DNA of 64,000 nucleotides, from NCBI GenBank assembly GCA_030141605.1, contig JAQGDQ010000770.1, positions 1 through 64,000 on the forward strand, read 5' to 3'. The translations under genes were made by a program, and so were the position numbers. The notes beneath the pieces were generated by a model. That model did no database searches, was not told the DNA's origin, and saw only the letters and a program-made list of their open reading frames with translations. This stretch comes from Tubiluchus corallicola. Its lineage: Eukaryota > Animalia > Priapulida. Below are positions 23,049 through 33,920 of this stretch, one piece after another; within the stretch, counting starts at the first letter, position 1, and each line of letters begins with the position of its first letter.

Positions 23049-26000
23049 GTATACATATATACATGTATACATGTATACATATATATACATATATATATGT
23101 ATGTACACTCATTGTACGGATATAACGGTTTTTAGTGTAAATTTTTATCTTACAACATTTTAGCGGCTCTGCGCATTTCTTTCAAGAAAGTGGCGTCTCT
23201 AAGAATTAATAAAATTTCCAAGTGATGCCTTATCACACCGTGTGACGTAATCTCCGACGTGGAAAATGCGTCAGTCTTACATTCTTGATCCGGATAGAGC
23301 TGTCTACCTTCGTGTCTTACCTTATTCATTACAGATTACCGTCACAAACTCTTTATCGGAAAAGCCTGCCACCATACCAACTACAGCCAGAACCGTTCCA
23401 ACTTGGCCAACAACTACCAAATTGCCGACGGTCACTTTTTTGACCCGGGAAACCACTACGAACAAACCTTGGCGTACCACTACTGACAAACCTCCAACTG
23501 TTACAACGGTAAAGCAACTTACGTATTATCCAGAAACATGTACCAGTATGTTGGTTTTAACAGTTTCAGAAAATCTGAAATTGTATCAATTCAGACAGAC
23601 AGGACGGACGGACAGACGGTCAAACAAATCGGGATGTCAAACATGTTGGTAGGCAAGAAGGCAGACAGATAGACAGGCCGACTGACAGGCAGGCAAACAG
23701 TATTCCAGGCTACGTGTTTGCTATACGTGCGTACTTTGTCTGAGAAGCCTACAAAATTAACATAGGCATCTTTAACAGAATTGTCATATAAAGAAGTTAC
23801 GTCACACGATGTTACAGTATGAAGTGATTATTGATATTTTGTAAAATGATAATGAGAAAGCAGTGATTATTGATATTTTGTAAAATACTAGTGAGAAAAC
23901 AGAAATAAGCATTAGCAACTACACAGCAAACTTTGATCCATTAGCGACAATGACGTCATAATAGAGTTTCTTTTGAAATAGGCAAAGTGCGTGTGATAGT
24001 CACTTGTTGATAACAAACAATGAAACAATGAATTTACAGAGTATTTTGCAGAACATTTCGACCAAATTAATGTATTTTTAAAAACCATAAACACGAAAAG
24101 CTGTGGGGAGAGAATACTTCATCTTTGGTCCAGCTTTTTGCGGGATCACCCAGAAATGATGGTTTCCACAAATACTTTGCATCTTCTTTCCAGGAACTTG
24201 TAACTCGGACATCAGAGGATGCCACTGACTCTGCGACCACAACAAAAACCACACCAGGTGGGATGTGGACGACATCAACTAGGCCACAGTTTACAACCAC
24301 GGATGTTGCCATGCCAACGTTGTCTCCAGACGTGCTAGAAGGAGAATGTCCAGAATATGGGTTTCCCTGTTTGCAAGGTCACTGTGTTAGCGGTGACAGG
24401 TATTGTGATTACCTCATTGACTGCCCAGATGAGAGTGATGAAGACTTTTGCGAAGGTTAATCGTTTTATGCTGTTTTTACTAGATCATGAAGAATTTTCG
24501 TGTTTTTTATGTGGAACAGTTTCTGGTCAAAATAACAAATTTGATTTATATGCCTGATCAGTATGTTTGTCCATGAATAAGCTTTTCACAGTTACAGTTT
24601 CACAGTGATGGTGAAAAGGTCAAAGGCTAAGTGTACCAGATAACGCATTTGTGTAACAGTCCCTCGCAGCCCATGCTATTATAATAGTAACAGTTTTAAC
24701 TGCTAGGTATAACCTTACCTAGTTCATTTTTTCTTGTTCCCAAGCAAGATCCTGCTAGCAAATCACTCTACGCAGAGATTAATGCACATTAAGTAAACTC
24801 CGCGTAAAATGACTGAAGTTACTGTGCTGATGCAACAGACGGCTTTGCTTTACCCACACGTTACATGACAGTTGTAGTTAAGACGCGTTGCTGTGGTATA
24901 TTTAACCCTTGACCTACAGCAACTGCACGTGCGCACAACGAAACTGCAAAAAAGTTTATTCGAATTAAATTGCGTATGCAAACGTGAGTTGTATAGCCCT
25001 TCATTTTGTCGTAAATTTCCACGTTAATTCTCAGTTCAGGTTGCACAAATTGGGGTGAACAGACATTTCCGTCAACGCGTTTGACCAGTGACCAAACTTA
25101 GCGTCTACATTTGCAATCTAGACAAGCAAAGTACCAGTGTCTTCTGCCTGTCTTAGTTCGTTAACTTCTATTAAGAGGAAAGCTATCTGCACTTGTGAGT
25201 CTTGAAAAACATGCTAACAAGGTGCAACTTTTCTGTAGACACAGATGTCAGTTTTTTGTAAAACATACCAAAATAGTACTCATCTTTTGCATGTTTATGT
25301 TTTCAGACATACATGACAATGAATGCGGAGTTCAGTCTATCAATCCTTATAGTCAGAATGGGGATGACGTTATAACCGCTCGTGCCGGAAGTTGGCCATG
25401 GCAAGCTTCTCTACATCGTCAAGGTCATGGCCATCATTGTAGCGCTGTGTTGATTGATGATGAATATGTTCTTACCGCCGCTCACTGTATTTACGGGTAA
25501 ATGAGATCAAATTGCTCTCAGCTTTAGTACTTTGTGGTTGTTGCACTTGCTGTTGCTGCCGCCGCCGCCGCCGTCGTCGTGGTTACTTATGTTGTTTCTC
25601 CTGCTATTTCAGTGGTTCTAGTTGTTGTTGTTGTTGCTGCTGCTGCTGCTGTTGTTGTTGTTGTTGTTGTTGCTGTTGTTGTTGTTGTTGTTGTTGCAGC
25701 TGTTCTTTTTATTGTTGTTGCTGCTGCTGCTGCTGCCGCTGTTGTTGTTGTTGCTGTTGCGGCTGTTGTTGTTGTTGCTGTTGTTGCCATTGTTGTTGTT
25801 GCGGTTACTTATGCTGTTTATTCTGCTATTTCTGTCGTCGTTGACGTCACGGCCGCCGCCACCGGTACCATCGTCGCAGTTACTTATGCTGTTTCTCCTG
25901 GTATTTCAGTGGTTCCAGTTATTGTTGTCGCTGTCATTGTCGCCACTGCCGTTTTTGTTGTTTTTGTGTTTTGTAGTTGTCGCAGTTACTTATGCTGTTT

Positions 26001-29000
26001 CTTCTGTTATTTCAGTGCTGTTACCATTGCTGTCGCCATCGCCGTCATCTCATTGACTTTACACGAGCCGCTGCCATTGCCATTGTTGTTCCCTGTCTGT
26101 GGCACAATATATTTCACTGTTTATGATCTTCAGTTTATTGTTCATCTTCAACATAATTCATTCCTGCTGGTATGTTTCAAGGTATGTGAAGCGAAACTTC
26201 AAAGTGGTTTTGGGGATAAACGAGCAAGGTGATCATGCAGGTGACCCGCAAAAGCAAGAAAGTCAGATAGAAACGTGGTGGATTCATCCTAATTATAATC
26301 CTGATGTTGGTGCAGAGTATAATATAGGTGAGAAATTCAGACAAAAATTTTTACGAACGTGTCAAGGCAAATGTCCACGTGTGTGTAAAAGTTGTTGTTG
26401 TTGTTGTTGGCATCGTCATGATCCGTCGTTGTTACATTGATGAAACCAAGAGTTTTCTTAGATATTAAATGGACACACCCGAATTATGGTGATACATGTT
26501 AACTGAGTCTGCCACTCTCATGTTCATTAAAGTGATTTTTTTTGCTGCAATTTTTATAATTATGATGGCATTTCTTAGAAGAGTCCAAGACATATTTTTG
26601 CCAGTCCTTTGTTACGAGTCAAACTAGTGAAAAAAATGCAATGTTTATGCAGAAGGCCTGCGATCCACAACACATCGCAGCACACATCACATCACAAAGT
26701 ACTACACCACAACATATTACAGTAAATACAGTACAACACAATTTAATACAAAACACTCTCCTTTTGGAGCTTTTAGCAAGAGCGACTTAGGTGTTCGAGG
26801 GAGCGAATTTGAAAAAATACAAGAACGTCATCCTTTTTCGTTGTTACTCTAATAACTTATGACAAAAGCTATTATCGTAATTCACAATTGTTTAAAACCA
26901 GGATTTTTGACTGACAAAATTTCACTAAGAACTTCGTTAAAGGTAGAATAACGTGAATTCACTATTCAGATTCCAGAATATCCAAGAACAGTGAGAAAAT
27001 GTTCAAAATGCGATATCCTATTCATTAAACTTGTAGCTTGTACAACTAATACGTTTTCTTATTGGCAGGCCTAATCAAGCTAAGAAACGAGGCAGAAGAA
27101 AATGACTACGTATATCCAGCTTGCTTGCCAAGAGAAGATCAGGTTCTGGTAAACGGACAAGGAAGTTATGTCACTAACTGGTTCATTTCGAAAACGAGCG
27201 TTTCACGGTCAAGTGGTAAGCTTCTTCCATCATTTGTTAAAGTTATACTTATTATACAATCACTTAACAACTGTTAAACGTTGTAAACGTATAATGACCG
27301 TTACGATTACGGTTACCTAAATTTCAACAATTGATCCAAAGGCTGTTGTTACCTAAAACCCAAAACGCATATTGTTCAGTTTCTAGCGATTTTAACTTTT
27401 TAAGCAATAGCGTGAGTGACAGATTTGGCGACAAAAGTGGCAAGAGCATCAACAGTGGCAGCTGCAGCATCAGCAAGACTGTAATGTGTAGCAAAAGTAA
27501 TATCATTTTAACAACTGTAACTATGGTAATCATGGTAAAATCGACCTAACAATAACATTTATTGAAAATTTGAAAACGATATCCGAACATCCACTTTTTC
27601 AATGAAACAATGTTGTTACCAGCAGCCATTGTTGCTATTGCATTTACAAATAATAGAAATATAATAAAAATTATAGTTTTGTAAATTTGGTATTTATTTT
27701 AGACTGTGACGAGCGTTTAAAACAATCATACGTGAAAATCGTGTCTGAAAACACATGTAGGCCTGTAAGCTCAGGGAACACTGTCTGTGTAGAATACTGT
27801 GATGCAGCCTCCTTACATTCACAGCATTGCAAGGTAAGTCTTTCCTTCCTTCCTGTGTAATACCTGCTGATGGTAGTTTCAGATAGTCAATTTACTTAAT
27901 TTATTTAGCAATTTGATTATACATTGAATGCCATTACATTCATTGTTTTTTGTCTTTCGGAAAAGTGATGACACTATTCGTGGGTAGTCGTCATTCTTAA
28001 AAATGTAAGGATAATTTTAGCTCATAATTTTGACTATAATTCTTGGAGATTGTTTGAGCAATGGTGAATTAAAGGGTTAGATCAGTCGTTCAGTTGCACA
28101 GAACAATATATTTAGCTTTAACTATGACCTACCTTTTTACTCGGTTTTTATTTTTTGCGTCTTTGCTAATAAATATACCACTGTTCATCTTACTCGGAAG
28201 ACGTATCTTATAGTATAGTAAGAGGCTTTAATATGGTTGGCATCCTTCTGTCTCGGAAGACAATGGAGTGTGGGCCAAGAGAGTCAGTTATTGATCACAT
28301 TGATGGAGCTGCAGCGTCGACTTGCGATCCTTGAACGTCTCCAGGGCGCACGCCTAGGCCAGGTGTATGGAGATCCTAAGTTGCCCAAACAACAGGAACC
28401 CCTCTCTTCTTCCCTGGTGTAGTCCAAAGGAAAGCGGAGCGATACGTTTGGCACCAGGTTGGCTGCAGGAGCCGGAGTCAGTGAGCATGCTGCACTGGTC
28501 CGCCTTCGGGGCTCCACTCCTGATTTGGAAGGTTTACTCCTCTACCTATGGCCGTTGGGTCACTTGACCTCTCTGCCCTCTAGCCGCTGGCTGCTTGTGC
28601 AGCTCCTCCGCCTAGTGTCGAGATACAGTGTGGGCATCCCGCAAGCCTACAGCACCTGGTATTACTAGGCGGTCACCCATCCAAGTACTAACCAGGCTCT
28701 GTGTTGCTTAACTTCGGTGATCAGACGAGAACCGGTGTTTTCAACGTGATTTGGCCGTAGTCAGGCTTTAATACAGAGGTATTTAAATTCCTGTTAGCTA
28801 TTCCGTATGAGTTCTAGGTCTTTTCATAAGGAAGAGTTGTAATTTGTGACACGTGATGTGTGACTAATAAAAGTATTGTTTATACTAGTTACGTTCGGAT
28901 TCATGCTGTCCTTCTCAATGTAAAAAGGCAAAGTAATACCGCAGATGAAGCTGGCCCGAGACAGATTTTCTATGTGGTCATCTATCAATTTTCTGACTAG

Positions 29001-29723
29001 GCATCGCATTGCTTAACTTTCAACTTCCTTGCCAACATTTTTGTGAATTAAACTGTATTTCAAAAGGCATTTTCCAACTCATCTAGAATTTCATAGTTTT
29101 TTAATTTGACATGATTTTCTTTGTCTTTGTGTGAAAGTTTGAACACTTGTAGAAAACAACTAAACACAAAATTTCATGTTTGCACAAAAACTGAAACACT
29201 TTTATTACACTACATAGTTATATGTAACATGACTGCTAAACTACACTGAGGACCAGAGTGTCCTGCACTGATCACGAAGAATTAGACAGTGGCTAGAAGT
29301 GAACTCTAGCCAGTTTATATAGGTAGAGAACTATGCAAAAACTTGGCTTCACATATCCCATTACAGTAAAAATAGGGGAGATCCAGTGAGTTTGCATATT
29401 CACTGGACCGAGCAATTGTACTAGGGGTGAATTTAACTAGTAAAATGTTAAAGTGACTAATCAATAGATGGCAGCACCTAAAATATACAGTTACACCTTT
29501 TACAGTCTTGTTTCACTAACTTTGCTTATATATCTTTCACATTTTTTATAATTTACAGAGAGATACTGGTGGGCCATTGCTGACTTGGTATGGTGGATCG
29601 TGGAAGGTTACTGGGATTGCAACCAGCGACTGGAGTTGCAATCATTCGTCCTGTCTGGGAAGTTTTGAAAACGTCGCAACACATGCGTGGTGGATTGAAA
29701 ACATAATTGACGATGATGATTAG
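22272..29723 (+). CDS. Type II membrane serine-protease homologue (TM-mucin stalk-LDLa-inactive S1 domain), about 526 aa, 8 coding exons
   Basis: Exons 22272-22637, 23335-23508, 24194-24455, 25307-25496, 26182-26327, 27069-27215, 27703-27833 and 29559-29723, GT-AG and in frame. Same intron phases as gene 1 in the LDLa/S1 part. TAAHC is kept, but EYNIG and CKRDTGGP replace DNDIA and CQGDSGGP. Confidence 0.88.
23006..23106. repeat. (TA)n/(TACA) microsatellite
   Basis: Direct observation. Confidence 0.93.
25545..26045. repeat. (GTT/GCT)n microsatellite interspersed with about 4 copies of GTTACTTATGCTGTTT..TGCTATTTC
   Basis: Direct observation; intronic. Confidence 0.92.
28234..28762 (-). mobile_element. 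5S rRNA-derived SINE (SINE3), 529 bp, RTE-like body and tail, 11-bp TSD
   Basis: AGGCTTTAATA at 28223-28233 and 28763-28773. Full 5S head with no T-run terminator. The 3' end CCATTGTCTTCCGAGACAGAAGGATGCCAACC resembles RTE LINE ends (recalled, not searched). Confidence 0.85.
28643..28762 (-). rRNA. 5S rRNA-like sequence (120 nt); head of the SINE, probably not a functional 5S gene
   Basis: GACTACGGCCAAATCACGTTGAAAACACCGGTTCTCGTCTGATCACCGAAGTTAAGC...AGTACTTGGATGGG...GTGCTGTAGGCTT with box A and box C. Confidence 0.8.
29128..29495 (-). mobile_element. Candidate solo LTR
   Basis: Minus strand starts TGTAAC (29495), with CTATATAAA at about 29314-29322 and AATAAA at about 29201-29206. Left end and TSD uncertain. 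Confidence 0.4.
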
Positions 29724-31966
29724 CAATAATTATATTATAAACTAGTGATTATGCCATAAACTTAGAAAAACACGTGTTTTTTACTTACCTATGCATTTTT
29801 GAATGACGTGACAGAAACCCGAATCCTGCCATAGGTGCAGCAGATTTGCCATGTTTGCATAAAAACACGTTAGTTCACTGTTCTACGTAGTTTGCTGGAT
29901 ACACAAAACTACTGTAAATAAGTGCAAGTGTTAAAATGAGATTTATTACCAATTGTAACAAGAAAGCACAATAGGTAACCTATTTTTGGAACTTAACCGA
30001 GAAGACAATGATCAAGATACGACTAATTAAACATTTTAGTGTAAAATGTTAATTAGGCAACGTTAGCAAAAAAAAACTGTCAGAGTGAAATGGTATAGGA
30101 TGCACAATTTCAAGTCAACTGAAGTCAGTTTTCCCCAAGAAAAGAATTTACAAGCTTATATTTGACTTAATTCTATGGGTTATCTGAATCACAGCTAGTA
30201 TTGGGAAATCAATGCTACATTTTTGAACAGTTTTCAAACAACTTTTCCAAAAAAGTTTATCTTATGCATATATTATAATTCGGTTTAGTTAATTAGAAAT
30301 CGGTTCTAATGTGCTGTGTTAAATTTTCTGTTGCAGTGATTAACCTTGGTGAATACAGGACATGCCTATGGGATTTTGTAATAAATTATTGTTTTAAATC
30401 TGAGTTAAAGCAGTTTTCTTTGTCCTCCATGTAGTAAAATTCGTCCGACAATGAGTTTGTTTTGTAGCTCCAAGAACATAGACTAAAAAACGAGACTAAA
30501 GAGGCTACAGAATGGTTAGCTGGTACCTGTTAACTGGAAAACCTGTAAAAAACTTCAAAGCTTGTTAAAAGCATTTATTTTCTTCTTAGATTCGTCGTTC
30601 CTCGAAGCTCTCGATTTTATTTCATTTTTTTCAGTTTGGAAACTTAGTTTTAAACCTTTAAAGGTGCATACACTTTAAACAAGGGACACAGTCACATCAT
30701 TACCAAAACAAAGAAGTAACAAAAGATTATTTAAAAGAAAATTTACCTTAAGCCAAACTTTCCCATAAGTAAAGCTTACTCAGTTGCTCTCCAAAATTCC
30801 AAACATTTTTGTCAGTCCTCTAATACGTACTTCTTAAACACATTCTGGATTTACTGAAAATTGTCAAGAGCTCAAATACGATGGATATACTATGTTTATA
30901 GACCGCTAGATGATTCGAAACGTACCATTACGTCAGGCACGTAAAGACGCCCAAAACCAGTTACATTGACAAAAGTCTGTCACATAAAAAGGTTTTATCT
31001 ATTACTTTTGTCGTACTAATCTATAAGTTTTGACGTACTTTTATCTTATCATATCGTATCGTAACGTACTTTACCTTACTGTATATTACTGTATCTGACT
31101 TTACCTTATCTTACACCTTATCTTACCTTATCTGTTATCACTCTCAGTTTAACCTGCCCTGACACAATCACAATACCTGTCACCTCTTACACATTGAACG
31201 TTGAAAACCCAAACACGGGGGATTCTCCTTCTTGCACGTCTGGAGGCAATAGAAATAAAAAAAACGCTAACGTAGTTAAGGTATAAAGTTTTTATCATAT
31301 TAAACAATGTGTTTAAGAAGTATAACCCCTAAAACGGCACAAACAACATGGTTGCGTAATCCAGAAGTATCCAGGATTTTGAGTCAGACCGAAGGTTCCT
31401 AGTTACAAAACTATTATTAAAATTATTTTTTAAACTGTTGCCTTGCTGTTGTTGTCGACCAGCTTCCCATATTCATTGTTGTTATCTTCTCATGATAAGT
31501 GGCGTCCTCTTATGTCCGAGATGCAAGTTCCTAGATAAAGGCTCGCACTCATTTGTAGTAACTATATGAAGAGTCGTATATTAGCCATAATTATGACAAA
31601 TACAGAAAATGTGAATGAGAGAATTTTGCGCGCAGAAAACGTCGACAAAAAATAAAATACTGACAGAAACTATAAGGAAAAGAAATACTGCATAATATTT
31701 TAAACGTTTGGTCCAGGAATACGTTGAATTACCAGACACATTCACACGCACATAACACTGACCATACTATTGACAATAATATCGCGCAATATTTTCGTTT
31801 CGCCACATACAACACGATGACATTGCGCAATTCCACAATATTATTGAGCGATAGGATTGAAGTGAATTAATTCATTAAACAAATTTACGTTATAAAATGC
31901 TATTTCAATTATTTCAAAAGAAAAAGGTCAAAATAAACAGGCTTGGTTAACAAAAATTCTGTGTGA

Positions 31967-32463
31967 TGTCATAATGTGCTAGTTTTACCTAGTAAATGAC
32001 TACGTCATCAGTGACCGTTACGTCAGTTAGATCAGGAACTACGTTTCCAGCTGGTCATCTCTGCTGATTACCATGACAATGATCACCATAGCAATAGACT
32101 CGGTAGAAAGGAGGAAACCCTGCTGATCACCATAGCAATGAGCTCATCACCACAGCAATGGGCTAGGAACACACATCGTAGCTAGTCATCATGCCAACAG
32201 CTAAAATAGCTAATATGATGTCACATTCCTACAATGACAACCAGATTGGGTATATAAGGATCTGCGGGGCAAGTGTTAAGGGTCTGCTAGATCTTCTCAC
32301 TTGCTATACTCTCTGCGTTACTCGTATGAATGATGTTACTATTCTTCTTTATACCCTTGTTATGTAAATAAACAGTTATACCATCACACGATCACAGTAC
32401 GGCTTCTGCATTTTAAGATGCATGAATCACTCTAACGAACAATACTAATTGGATATTATGACG
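31967..32463 (+). mobile_element. Candidate solo LTR upstream of SLCO-A
   Basis: Inverted termini TGTCATAAT...ATTATGACG; ATTGG, then TATATAAG (32251), then AATAAA (about 32367); internal short repeats. No clean TSD. Confidence 0.55.
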
Positions 32464-33920
32464 TTAATTATACACTACAACAACACTACATTTTATTATA
32501 CATTTTTGCTATTGTCAACATTCGTGTACATGTCATCTTACTTGATAATTAAGGTAAAAAGTTATTATCCTATTTAGAAAAATAGGCACAAGAACGGCCA
32601 CAGAAAACATGGTTACACGATTGTGGAGCATTCGAGATTTCCAGTCAGACTTAAATACTTTGTCGCCTTTAAGAAAGTATCAAAATATCTGTAATTTAAG
32701 TTAGCACTTATTTAATTGTTTAGCAAAAAATGACGATAATAATCTTCAATAGCAAATTGGCAAATTTACTGGAGAAAACTGCTGGCTTAATTAAATCTTA
32801 AATGATGAAATCTCACAAAAGAAGGTAGCACACAAATAAGTTCAAAAACTAAGAAGAAATCCGTTGTAATTACTTACAACTCACAACTCACACATCAGAA
32901 TCTGACACCAAATATTTAGGTCCGCAAGTATATCAGTAAACACCCAATCAAATATCTGACTTCTGATTTGTACAATTACACCTATCAGTGTATGCAAATA
33001 ATACTTGTATCCGTTCACAGGCATATGCATAGCCAGTTCAGTTTTCATGTATAACTGATTAGTACGCAGGTACTTACTCTGTGATTCATTTGCAATAAAA
33101 CTACATTCATTTGTGCTTGGTTGAGCAACGTTTGGATAAAAAAGTCGGGCAGGTATTGTACATGTTCAGTGTTGTTTAGATAGGTCCGATTTTAATGCAT
33201 GATAACCTGCAATGTTTATAAATTTTACTTTTAGCAAACCGTATATATTAACGCAATTAAAGTCATACGTAGGCCTCGTACATAGGCTCAGGATGATGAG
33301 TCATATCGCAGTTGTAATTTTTAGTAGTCCTTTAGTAGTACGCATCAAACCTGCGTAAGCTTCACTAATGATTATCAATTTTTTTGTTAATACAACAAAA
33401 TTAAGATATAATTCTTGAATTTTGCACTAGAGACCCAAGAAGCTAGCTTATGTTAGGCACTAGTATTGCACTACTGTCGCGCAGTACATGATGTAGTACG
33501 AATAACACTGAACACATTCTACAAGCATTAGACACTAGCCGTTATTAATTGATAAGTAAATTTATTGTAGTTAGGAATATTGTGGAAATTGTTTCAGACT
33601 TGGCTCAGGATTTAATAAGATTATCCAAGTAATGCAAGTTTTTATTTTCATTTTTGTTTTTAGCAAACGTGAACTCCACTTCTCAAACAATTTTAAAATT
33701 AGAGAAATGATAGTAGCACAGGTTCCAGATCTGAGTTATTTAGTAAAACTCTGTTTGGATTGGGAGGGGCAACGAAGGTGTAGAATAGAACACGAAATCT
33801 GCCATTTTACGGATTTTATAACAAAATGTGGTAATGTGTCAGTACCTTAAAATAACTACTTGTTATTGAAATGGTTTACACAAAGACTTACTATTTTCCA
33901 GTGCCATATCGCAAACTGCC

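Noticed and set aside
28643-28762. Functional 5S rRNA gene
   Set aside because: Isolated, lacks an oligo-T terminator, and is enclosed with the downstream body by a TSD.
31280-32650. Weak similarity between about 31280-31390 and about 32553-32650
   Set aside because: Too diverged and short to interpret; probably an old repeat or local duplication.
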